Source: a bacterium
GTDB lineage: Bacteria > Zhuqueibacterota > QNDG01 > JAFGCO01
DNA: 64,000 nucleotides
Direction of reading: 5' to 3'
Assembly: GCA_016930535.1 (NCBI GenBank)
Contig: JAFGGN010000041.1
Span: 88,708-152,707, forward strand
The notes below the pieces were generated by a model. The model saw only the letters and a program-made list of their open reading frames with translations. It had not been told where the DNA came from and did not search any database. Made by a program: the position numbers and the translations under genes. Shown here one piece after another: positions 48,101-57,800 of the stretch (the first letter of the stretch is position 1; each line of letters starts with the position of its first letter).

Positions 48101-49444
48101 AGCCTGACCAGCATGTTCGATTTCGGAGATTCGTGGATTCTCGAGACACTGGCCAATCAAAGCGGCGCCATGCATACCATCGTCGCCGGATTCCATCTGG
48201 GTGACCTGATCGACGGAGACGGTGACGGACAATCCAATGAGGGCTCCACCGGCGATGACGATGACGGAACGGACGACGATGACGGCGTGGAATTTGTCAA
48301 CAGCCTGAACGCCGGATCCGCGGGCCAGATCGTGGTGACGGCATCCGCGGCCGGCATACTGAGCGCATGGATGGACTTCAACCGAAACGGCAGCTGGGAT
48401 GATGAAGAGGATCAGATTATCGAGGACGAGCCCCTTGACGAAGGGGCCAATCAGCTCTCGTTCCCGATTCCCGGAACCGCCGCGCCCGGAACGACCTACG
48501 TGCGTTTCCGCTTCAGCGACCAGGGCGGCCTGGGACCGAGCGGTCCTCATTACACGGACGATCCCTTCGACAATCCCGATGATCTGCCTCCCATCGGCGA
48601 GGTGGAGGATTATGCGGTAGTCATCGAGGGCGGAACCGGTAATTACGATTTTGGCGACGCGCCCGATCCCTATTACTCAACCCTGGCGGTACATTTCGGC
48701 GCCTGGCATTACATAGACGGTTCGCTGTGGATGGGGAATACCGTGGACGCAGAAACGGACGGGCTCCCCGATGCCGATGCCAAGGGAGATGACGCAAACG
48801 GTACGGATGATGAAGACGGCGTGGTGTTCCACAACACCTGGACCGCCGGAGTTCCGGCCTCGTTCACGGTCACACTTTCGGACAGCGCTTATCTGAACGT
48901 CTGGGCGGATTTCAACGGGAACGGCGACTGGAACGATCCCAACGAGCATATCGTGGACGATGATTTCTTCGGTCCCGGCAGCAAGCTCTACGATATCCTC
49001 ATTCCGGATACCGTGTACCTGGATTCGACCTATGTCCGTTTCCGGGCCAGCCGTATTCCTGATCTGACTCCCACCGGTTATGCGCCCGACGGCGAGGTGG
49101 AGGATTATTATATCCAGGGGATTTCGACCGAGATTCAGGAAAGACCGCAATCCGGAATGGCTCCGGAAGTATTCGAGCTGAAACAGAACCGGCCCAATCC
49201 GTTCAATCCGACCACGCAGATTCAATATGCGGTCCCGCGTCAGTCCCATGTCCGGATCATGCTGTTCAACACGCGCGGGCAGCTGGTTCGCACACTCATG
49301 AATGAAGAGAAAACTGCCGGACGGTACGTTGTTCAGTGGGACGGCCGGAACGAGCAGGGTGCGATGCTTCCGACCGGTGTCTATATATACACCATTCAGG
49401 CGGGATCCTTTTTCGATGCAAAGAAACTGCTGCTGTTAAAATAA
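45167..49444 (+). CDS. Giant secreted multi-GEVED-domain protein (1425 aa) with an N-terminal PKD domain and a T9SS type-A C-terminal sorting domain
   Basis: A GGAGGG ribosome-binding site and a signal peptide are present. The PKD block reads 'GTYDVTLKIACQNG'. Six 'GE(V/T/I)EDY' signatures are present (GETEDHLL, GGEIEDYVVVV, GETEDYLLHV, GETEDYLLKV, GEVEDYAVVI, GEVEDYYIQG), each preceded by a 'DYGDAP' module. The CTD reads 'NRPNPFNPTTQIQYAVP...VYIYTIQAG...KKLLLLK'. Confidence 0.75.
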   Translation: MKRFSLSEKSPLCLGCLLVILCLAPQIFAQCQADFYAIPKEGTAPLLVTFYDNSTGAYAWSWSFPGGSPPTGSGNGPITVTYAQPGTYDVTLKIACQNGNDTRTRTGYIEVNELVIRYDYGDAPEDVIAYPDLGVIGRFPTCLVGSAGFIRHTEEGRTFLGHHADYEREGNGDFCPSFIPDMYDMDEQCGEGESCLWKPDVFTIVDGSVVPLCSDMSGDHMGYPCSLARWGDNINIWFDTWEIDGAYVNVIIDWNQDGQWGGASSCDNVSIPEHILQNFHVPGAMNGHLSVLDPPAFRIGPNSGYVWARFTITNEPIPLPWDGGGGTFHAGETEDHLLKVGDLSELFDYGDAPASYSTLASDNGAYHIIMDGVYLGHAVSGDDDGKPSDKADGDDDDGVTFPEPVVAGKPTPVHVLASVNGKLKIWFDWNHDGDFDDEGEEVFDDEVPEGENDLDIDVPEYAREGETYARFRFSGGSILTPHGPVMGGEIEDYVVVVELEFEYEFGDAPEGKTAYLAEFVEMSDTDVEGSFMTCGDYGRVRHGNRGERYFGNSVDFETEGNAGCCSCGYDQDETIWDDDAGLTDGHVYTIVGDPGAEHVEYVGGSGLQMVSCEIGRWGRHLDIMYHCTAEEGAYINVLVDWNQSGGWNNGGAIYHCMDPGAPHIQEHIVQDLYVPQGWGFLSDAGAPDFRMGGPGGYVWARFTISDTPVGTDEWNGHGDFADGETEDYLLHVARAEYRDYGDAPSGDIAYPSSGVVGNFPTCPVSGSHTIRHGSDDHEFAIWFGGGGAPPTTEPSGNRGMCRGAYNLDDDNGLLYTVSYNIVREDGHLRVVPLYEGPEGGCSGSEWSNTIGTTTQMADWCGCNFDLAWSNQYWDDWAYVNVIIDWDQDGEWGGSSFIDIHASAPEHVLQNYRIPPARGGSGLGAHPYERPPGYRIGPNAGYVWARFTITPEPVPLPWDGSGDFEDGETEDYLLKVAPGSLTSMFDFGDSWILETLANQSGAMHTIVAGFHLGDLIDGDGDGQSNEGSTGDDDDGTDDDDGVEFVNSLNAGSAGQIVVTASAAGILSAWMDFNRNGSWDDEEDQIIEDEPLDEGANQLSFPIPGTAAPGTTYVRFRFSDQGGLGPSGPHYTDDPFDNPDDLPPIGEVEDYAVVIEGGTGNYDFGDAPDPYYSTLAVHFGAWHYIDGSLWMGNTVDAETDGLPDADAKGDDANGTDDEDGVVFHNTWTAGVPASFTVTLSDSAYLNVWADFNGNGDWNDPNEHIVDDDFFGPGSKLYDILIPDTVYLDSTYVRFRASRIPDLTPTGYAPDGEVEDYYIQGISTEIQERPQSGMAPEVFELKQNRPNPFNPTTQIQYAVPRQSHVRIMLFNTRGQLVRTLMNEEKTAGRYVVQWDGRNEQGAMLPTGVYIYTIQAGSFFDAKKLLLLK

Positions 49445-49467
49445 CTGCTTCAGGACCGTTTTTTACA

Positions 49468-49503
49468 GGGCCGTTCCGGTATCCCGGGACGGCCCTTTTT
49501 TAT
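49468..49503 (+). terminator. Rho-independent terminator after the GEVED gene
   Basis: A GC-rich hairpin GGGCCGTTCCGG..CCGGGACGGCCC is followed by TTTTTTT, 24 nt after the stop. Confidence 0.6.
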
Positions 49504-49650
49504 TATTCCGCATCCTGACTCGCATCCTGTATCAAGCCGAATGGGTCTACGGTTTATTTTAGAAACCGATCCGAATTCGGTTTTCGGAAAAAATGTATTA
49601 TATTACAGTTCGATATTTGATTCATTCCGGTTTGTCGTGAGGCCGATTCG

Positions 49651-52188
49651 ATGAAAATTCGCCAATGGTTATGCCTGTTCTTCCTGGCCCTGAATGCAGC
49701 CGCGGATGCGGGAGAGGATTTCTCGTATGTATATCCGTTCCCGAACAGCGATCAGGTCTCGCCGCATACCACCCTCATATTCAAATCCGCACCGGAACAG
49801 ATTAAACACCTGATTCTGAATCCCGGATGCATCACGGTCAGCGGTTCGGTCGGCGGCGCCTGTCAAGGTACGGTGACGGGCTCGGATGCGGCCAATACCT
49901 GCATTTTCAAACCGGCCCGGGTGTTCCAGGAAGGCGAAACGGTTACCGTGATTCTGGCAACTGCCCGTTGGGGAATGCCGGACCGGTCGTACTGTTTCCG
50001 GATCGCCCGCAGCGATTCCGGCCGGGAGCAAACCGGACGGTTTCAGGACGCGTGTCTAAAAAAAACCGGCGCCGCGCAAACAGGCGGCTCTCCCCGAATC
50101 ATCAACGGCGTGGCCGTACCGGGCGACTTTCCAACCGTCCGCCTGATTCAGAACGGCGAAACAGCACCCGGCAGGCTGTTCCTGGGACAGACCTTTCCGG
50201 ATGACGCGGTCACCAATTTCTACCTGCTCGTTCTGAACGAAGACGGTACACCCTATTTTTTCAGGCGGGGCAGGGAATGGCGGACCGGCGATTTCAAGGT
50301 GCAGCCCGGCAACCGGCTTTCCGTATTCAGGTACTGGGACAGAAAGTTTATCCTGTTCAACGACCATTTCGAAGAAACGGATTCGTACAAGGCCGGACAC
50401 AATTATGCAACGGACAACCATGATCTGGTGCTTCTGCCCGACGGCCATGCCCTGATCATCGGCATGGGATCGGCTGTCGTGGACCTGAGCGGCAAAGTGC
50501 CCGGCGGCCGTAAAAATACGTTCGTCGATATGCCGGTTCTGCAGGAGCTGGATACCGCCAAAAATGTCATCTTCGAATGGAGAACGCTCGATCATGTTCA
50601 TGTGGAAGATGCCGTGTACGAGGATTTGACCGGATTTTTTGTCGATTTTTCACATCTAAATTCAGTGGCGGTGGATTATGACGGCAATCTGATCATTTCA
50701 CAACGTCATCAGAGCGAGGTTTCCAAAATCGACCGTGAAACCGGCGCCTTTATCTGGCGCCTGGGCGGACAGCACAATCAGTTCACATTCGTCAACGATC
50801 CGGAACAGATCCGGTATCAGCACCACTGCCGGCCAGTGCCCGGACAACCCGGACATTATACCATATACGATAACGGCAATCACCGCAGCCCGCAGCGCTC
50901 CAGAGCGGTCGAATACCGGATCGACACGGATGCCATGACGGCCGAAAAGGTGTGGGAGTACCGTTTCCCCCCGGACGGTCATTTCAACGACATGATGGGA
51001 AGTGTCCAGGTTCTGCCCAACGGCAACAGGCTCATCGACGGATGCGCAAGGCCGCCCTATTACGGCGTGGAAGTGTCTCCGCAGAATGAGCTGCTTGCTG
51101 AGATGATCATCGATGAAATATCCAGCTACCGGACCATGCGTTTCGAATGGCAGGGCCTGGCTGAAGCACCCGACCTTTTTGCCGTAGCGGACAGGGAAAA
51201 AATTATCCTGGGCTTTAACAAGTTCGGGGACACCGATATCGATCATTACCGCATCTATGCGGACGAAACCAACCCGCCTGTCACGCTTCTGGCCACTTCT
51301 GGTCTGCCCCTGTTCGAAACCCGTGACCTGAAAAACAGGACCACGTATTATTTTCAGGTCGCAGCCGTGGCGCCTGACGGCAGCGAAAGCCAGCCGTCAA
51401 ATATCGTTTCGGTTACAACGGATCTGTATGATTTTACCGGAAACATCGTTCACAACGGCAGTTTTGACGGCAATGCGGCCGAAGACTGGACGCTCGTGCT
51501 TTCCAACGGCGCTCAGGCCTCCGGATCCGTAACGGACGGTGTGTACGGGATCCGGATATCATCCGCCGGGTTCCTGACCAGGGATATTCAGCTGGTTCAA
51601 AATCCGGTTCCGCTCACGGAAGGATCCTGGTACCGGTTTGAATTCGACGCCCGTGCCGCAGAACCGCGAAACATCGATGGAAGGCTGGAAAAAGGAACCG
51701 CCCCTTTCGCCCTCTACAAGCAGTTCCCGGCCGCCCTCGAACAGGAATTCCGGCACTTTGCATTCGATTATCAGATGAACCGGGAAACGAACGAATCCGC
51801 ACGGGTGGCCTTCTACCTGGGCCAGAATGACAAAGACGTGTTCATCGACAATATCCGCCTCCGGGAAATGACGGAAACCGGCATCTCCGGAATCCCGGAA
51901 AACCTCCCCGTGCATTTCTCCTTAAAACAGAACCACCCAAATCCATTCAACATGGTCACTGAAATAGCGTATGAGGTGAACCGTGCAGCGGCAATCCGGA
52001 TCGTGATCCGTAATTTACAGGGACAGGAGGCGGCCGTTCTGAAAAACGCGCTGCATCAACCCGGGCAATACCGGGTCCTCTGGGACGGACGGACCGGAGA
52101 TCTTCATCCCGCCGGATCCGGCATCTATTTCCTCACGCTGGAGAGCGAAAACCGCTGTATCACAAGAAAGCTGATGCTGCTGAAATAA
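49651..52188 (+). CDS. Arylsulfotransferase (ASST)-like beta-propeller protein with FN3 and CBM4_9-like domains and a T9SS C-terminal sorting domain (845 aa)
   Basis: A signal peptide is present. It reads 'FEWRTLDHVHVEDAVYEDLT...DFSHLNSVAVDYDGNLIISQRHQSEVSKIDRETGAFIWRLGG', the ASST-family block as I recall it. The CTD reads 'NHPNPFNMVTEIAYEVN...SGIYFLTLESE...RKLMLLK'. Confidence 0.55.
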   Translation: MKIRQWLCLFFLALNAAADAGEDFSYVYPFPNSDQVSPHTTLIFKSAPEQIKHLILNPGCITVSGSVGGACQGTVTGSDAANTCIFKPARVFQEGETVTVILATARWGMPDRSYCFRIARSDSGREQTGRFQDACLKKTGAAQTGGSPRIINGVAVPGDFPTVRLIQNGETAPGRLFLGQTFPDDAVTNFYLLVLNEDGTPYFFRRGREWRTGDFKVQPGNRLSVFRYWDRKFILFNDHFEETDSYKAGHNYATDNHDLVLLPDGHALIIGMGSAVVDLSGKVPGGRKNTFVDMPVLQELDTAKNVIFEWRTLDHVHVEDAVYEDLTGFFVDFSHLNSVAVDYDGNLIISQRHQSEVSKIDRETGAFIWRLGGQHNQFTFVNDPEQIRYQHHCRPVPGQPGHYTIYDNGNHRSPQRSRAVEYRIDTDAMTAEKVWEYRFPPDGHFNDMMGSVQVLPNGNRLIDGCARPPYYGVEVSPQNELLAEMIIDEISSYRTMRFEWQGLAEAPDLFAVADREKIILGFNKFGDTDIDHYRIYADETNPPVTLLATSGLPLFETRDLKNRTTYYFQVAAVAPDGSESQPSNIVSVTTDLYDFTGNIVHNGSFDGNAAEDWTLVLSNGAQASGSVTDGVYGIRISSAGFLTRDIQLVQNPVPLTEGSWYRFEFDARAAEPRNIDGRLEKGTAPFALYKQFPAALEQEFRHFAFDYQMNRETNESARVAFYLGQNDKDVFIDNIRLREMTETGISGIPENLPVHFSLKQNHPNPFNMVTEIAYEVNRAAAIRIVIRNLQGQEAAVLKNALHQPGQYRVLWDGRTGDLHPAGSGIYFLTLESENRCITRKLMLLK

Positions 52189-52298
52189 GATGTAAATTAA
52201 ATTGGCTGAAATGGCGTCGAATTAAAAATCTGAATCTCCAACCTGGAAAAATTTGTTCGGATAACCATGAAGCGATTTCAACACAGGAGAGTTGCGCA

Positions 52299-54541
52299 AT
52301 GAGAAAAATACGAACGGTTTCTTGCCTGGCCGGATTGGTGCTGACAGGCCTGCTGCAAATATCCGGAGTCGGTTCCGTCGGGCAGATCACGGATGATATG
52401 ATCCCTTTCATGAACAACGGGATCCGAACGCTGAACACGCTCGGACAGCCGGCAATCATCAACGGTGTCGCGGTTCCGGGTGATTTCCCGGATATTCAAA
52501 TCAGCAGCAACGGTGAACCCGCACCTGGCATGCTTTTGTGCGGCACTATTTTCAACCTGTCCCAGGTTTGTAATATTTATCTCCTTATGCTGAACAGCGA
52601 CGGCTCGCCCTATTTTTACAAACGGGGCGCGCAATGCCTGAACAAGGATTTTTCCGTTCAGCCCACGTGAGACCTGATCGTATGCCTCAACATCGGCGGT
52701 GCCGCATATGTGGTGATGGACCGGACTTTCACCATGACCGATACATTCCGCTGCGGCAACGGGTACGAAACCGATTCACATGTTTTTCTGATGACGGCCG
52801 ATGGGCATGCATTCATGATCGGGCTGGATCATGTTCAGACCGATCTCAGCGGCAGGGTACCCGGAGGCTGGCCGAATGCGTCGGTCATCGAGTGTGTGGT
52901 TCAGGAGCTGGATCAGGATAAAAGCGTAATTTTTGAATGGCGCACCATCGATCACATGAACGTGGAGGACGCCGTATATGAGGACCTGACTCAGGGCACA
53001 ATCGATTATTCCCATCTCAATTCCGTGGCCCTGGACTATGATAATCAGCTTCTGATCTCCCAGCGGAACCTGAGTGAAGTGTCGAAAATCGACCGGCAGA
53101 CCGGCGCATTCGTCTGGCGTCTGGGCGGTGTGCACAATCAATTCACCTACATTAACGAGACTGCTCCCATCAGTTATCAGCATCATTTCCGTCCGGTGCC
53201 CGGGAAACCCGGCCATTACACGATACTGGACAACGGCAATTTCCGGGATCCGCAATACACACGCGCCGTGGAGTACAAAATCGATCCCGCGGCCATGACC
53301 GCGGAGAAGGTCTGGGAATACCTCTTTCCCCCGGACGGCCATTATACCGAAATGATGTGCAGTGTGCAATTGTTGCCCAAAGGCAATCGGCTCATCGACG
53401 GTCCCGGCTTCACCTATACCTGGGCCGATGAAATCAACGAAAACAACGAAGCCGTGCAACATCTGTACATCAACGGTATATCGAGCTATCGCACCATGCG
53501 TTTCGAATGGGACGGCGTGGCCGCGGTCCCGGATCTTTTTGTCGAGGCGGATAACGAGAAAGTGATACTCGGCATGAACAAATTCGGCGATACGGAGGTG
53601 GATCATTTCAATATATACCATGGGCTGTCCGATCCGCCCGTGTCCCTGATTGCCGTTTCAACGGAACCCCTGTATGAAATCAGGGATATCAAGAATCAGA
53701 CCCGGCATTATTTCAGGGTGACAGCTGTGCACAGGGACGGAACCGAAAGCCCGCCCTCGGAGGTTCAGTCGATAATGCCGGTTTTTTACATACTGGGCGG
53801 TAATCTCATCCGGAATCAGGGATTCGAAAATACGGACCAGTGGACGCTCGAGCTGGAAGACGGGGCAGCTGCGGAAGGCCGGGTGGAAGACGGGACTTAT
53901 GTCGTACGTATCACGAGTCCGGGTGACCAGATCACCAGCGTACAGCTGATACAGACCGGCCTGCTCATTGAGAACGGCTTCCGGTATCAGCTGGAATTCG
54001 ATGCCTGTGCCTCGGTCCCCCGAAGCATTGCCGTCCGTATCGAAAAAGGCGTCTCCCCTTTTACATCCTACGGCCGTATCATTAAAAACCTGGGTTCGGC
54101 CCCGGCGCATTTCGTGTTCGATTTCGAGATGAAAAAAGACAGCAATCCCGGTGCCAGAATCAGCTTTCAATGCGGAAAATACGAAGGCGACGTTTTTATC
54201 AACGATGTCTCCCTGCAGCAAATCGTTCCGACATCCGTCCGGGACCGGAATCCGGAAGTGTGCCGGACCTTCGAACTGCTGCCCAATTATCCGAATCCGT
54301 TCAACGGAGTTACGCGAGTATCATATAAGATCAATTCGGTTGCTTTCATCAAATTTATAATTTTTAACATGCAGGGACAACGGATAAAATACTTTTGCAC
54401 GCAACACAACAGCCGGGACAGTACACACTGCAATGGTACGGAGACAACGATTTTAATCGACCTGTTTCCTCAGGCATTTACTTGATAACACTCGATAACG
54501 GGTTTTCCTGTAAACCAATTAAGTGTGTTATATTGAGATAA
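52299..54541 (+). pseudogene. Tandem paralog of the ASST-like gene, disrupted by an in-frame TGA (52668-52670) and a -1 frameshift in an A4 run (about 54386-54392)
   Basis: It is about 75% identical to 49651..52188 across the propeller. The N-terminal piece 52299..52670 and the body 52710..54485 are in the same frame, separated only by the TGA. The T9SS CTD ('PGQYTLQWYGDNDFNRPVSSGIYLITLDNGFSCKPIKCVILR') is readable only in the -1 frame after 54392. Confidence 0.6.
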
Positions 54542-54867
54542 TAAAAATGTAAATATTTTCGACTTTGTGTGTTAAATATTATAAAGGATTTGCTAACCGC
54601 CTGCAATGGCCAGGTTGTTATCAATCCTTTTTCTTTTATACACGTTTCGCTTGACCTTTTAATTTTTTTTATATATTTTTCGGTACCTGCCAATAACAAT
54701 TATAATATACTTCATCCAACAATAGAACAAGGCAGTTCTAGTACTGAATCAAGTCAGATTCCTGTTGACTTAATTATCAGTACATTCACATCATTCTTAC
54801 ATCATGTGAATTACCAACTTTATGTGCAACAATTATTCCGTCAATGTGTTTTTTAGGAGGTCTGAAC

Positions 54868-57800
54868 ATGAAAATAAAAAAAATCTGTTTCGCAGCTATT
54901 TTTATGTTGATTTCCTCAACATTTTCAAGACCGTTTCAAACCATGAACGGTATCCATTATTTCATACGGAATAGGGGCCAATGGCCTGATGATGTCGAAT
55001 TTCTTTCAAAAATCAATGGATTGAATGCCTGGATAACTAAGAAGGGTGTTGTTTATGACTTTTATGATTTGAAATCGGTGAAACCAATGTCTGAAATACA
55101 CCTGCATAAAAAAGTTATCCCAATAAATTCTTCATTCAGGTCAGGACACATTATAAGAATGAATTTTTTTCGTAATAATGAAAAAACCGAAACAAAAATC
55201 ATGATCGATAATACAGAAAAGTTGGATGCCTATTTTAATTACTTCATAGGATCCAATAGATCGGTTTGGAACAGTAATGTGCCATTATACAAATCTGTAA
55301 AAATGGAACTTTTCAATAAAGTATATATACAATTCTATTTTACTGCGGAAGGATTCAGATATGATTTTATACTGGAGCCCGGTGCACAACCGGAGAATAT
55401 CCGTTTGGCATTCGAGGGTCAAAATGGGATGTGTATTACCGCAGATGGCGAAATATCTCTATTCACCACGCTCGGGGAAATACTATTTAAAGACATAAAC
55501 GCATATCAGGTTATAAAAAACAAAATCATTAAAATGCGCTGTCGGTTTGTTAAATATGACAATGAACAAATTGGATTGGACGCTGAATGGAAAGATTTAA
55601 AAACTCCGCTTATCATCGATCCCTTGTTGTACTCCACATTCCTGGGAGGCAGCAGTACCGAGGGTGCCTGTATGCTGGGATTTGATTCGAATGTCTCTTT
55701 GGATGGCGCGGGCAATGTGATTGTCAGCGGGTATACACGATCAGATGATTTTCCGACAACTTCGGGTGCATATGATCAGACATGGAATGGCGAAGGCGGA
55801 TTGTTATCCGGATATCACGGAGATATTTTTGTAAGTAAATTGAACAGTACCGGTTCTGGTTTAATATTCTCAACATTCATAGGCGGCGATCTATGCGAGG
55901 CTGCCACATGTGCTATCGACAACCAGGAGGATATATATTTGACTGGATGGACACTTTCAGATAACTTTCCTATAACCACTGGCGCTTTTGACAATACATA
56001 TAATGGAAGCACAGGAGACCCGAATGGAATGGATGCGATAATTGTAAAACTTTCAAATGATGGAAGAAATCTGATCTATTCCACATATATTGGAGGGAAC
56101 AGCCTTGATCAAGGAATGGATATAGATATCGATTTCAATGGAAATTGCTACATAACAGGGGTTACAGCATCGGAAAATTTTCCTGCTACCGATGGTGCAT
56201 ATGATGAAAGTTATAATGGCGGAGGATCCGTAGGGGGTGGCTCCTATGGCGATGTGTTCGTGACAAAATTGAATCCTTCAGGCAGCAACCTTGTTTATTC
56301 AACTTATATCGGAGGTTCCAGCATAGATTGTGGTAATAGTTGTACCCTTGATCCCAGTAATAACCTGATACTGACCGGACATACTTATTCGAATGATTTC
56401 CCGGTCACACCTGGATCGTATGACAATACTTATAATGGCGGCGCTGTCGATGCATTTCTTTTAAAGTTAAACGCATCTGGCGATAATCTCAATTTTTCAA
56501 CATACATGGGGGGCAGTGGAAATGATTGGAGCCACGGTCTTTACTTGGAGTCTAATGGTGACATTCTAACCGGCGGCAGAACAACATCCAGTAATTTTCC
56601 TGTAACTTCAGGATCATATGACACAAACTACAAAAGCGGTGAAGATGTTTTTATCACCAGATTGAATAATTCAGGAAGCCTAATATTGAATTCAACATAT
56701 ATCGGCGGAACACAGGATGATCAATGCCTAAGCCTGAATGTGGACTATAATGACGAAATAATATTTACTGGTTATACTCAATCACCCAATTATCCTTGTA
56801 CTTCATGGGCAGACGATTTGACATATAATGGCGGTTCGAGCGATATAATTATAAGCAAGTTTAGTTCTGGTTTGAACCATTTACTATATTCCTCTTTCCT
56901 CGGTGGCACAGGTGCAGAAACAGGTGTGGGCGTAGTTTTGGATGCGGCCGGGGATGCATTTATTACTGGGGTTACAGGATCTTCAGATTTTCCGATAACT
57001 GCCAATGCATATGATGCAGTGTTTGCCGGAGGGCCATCGTGGGGTGAAGCATTTATTAGCAAAGTCGAGTTCAATAGTCAAACTGCAATTGTTGCCTTAT
57101 CCGAATATTCAGCTGGGAGATTCAATTACTCCTTAACGTATGGTGAAGGATTGATAACTGAATGGTCTCTTGCCACTCCGGGAGGCATTACGAGTGCGGA
57201 AATTGCTTCAGGCACCAGCGCTCAGACAAATGGCTGGGATGGCGTAAGTTATACATCTACCACTGCCACTTTTACATGCTCAGGTGGATGGTCAGGCACA
57301 GGTTCCCCAATAGAAGGATTCTATATATATGGTGTTCCAGGCGGAATGGGCACATGGACATGTCATAATAGTAATGGTATAATCGAAGCGACTCTTTCTG
57401 TAGAAATCAGTTCAATAACGGCCATTTTGAATGGTACATCCGTTTTGATCTGTTGGACCACTGAAAGTGAAATTGAAAACGTCGGTTTCAACATATATCG
57501 TTCAACAGACATGTCAAATCATCCGAATAGAATAAATACGTCTGTGATAACAGGCTGTGGAAATTCTTCATCCTCAATTGAGTATAAATATATTGACGAT
57601 GATATTGAACCAGGCAGGCAGTACTATTACATGATTGAATCTCTAGATAGTCATGGAAATACTACAAAATATGAAACTGTACAAGCTTTACCCTGCGGAT
57701 CAGAAAAACCAGTCGATTACGCATTTTTTTATAATTATCCAAATCCCTTTAATCCAACTACGACATTTACTTATGATGTCCCAATAGAGACGCAGGTCGA

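Noticed and set aside
46073-48550. 825-aa minus-strand ORF, plus many 60-200-aa ORFs, inside the GEVED gene
   Set aside because: It is antisense to a well-supported 1425-aa gene in 60% GC DNA. Its translation is Arg/Gly/Pro-rich, low-complexity and without motifs, which is typical of GC-rich antisense frames.
52668-52670. In-frame TGA in the second ASST-like paralog as a selenocysteine codon or a recoded stop
   Set aside because: TGA terminates several confidently called genes in this window (4522-4524, 10294-10296). No SECIS-like hairpin is evident downstream. The same gene also carries an independent frameshift, so pseudogenisation is the simpler reading.
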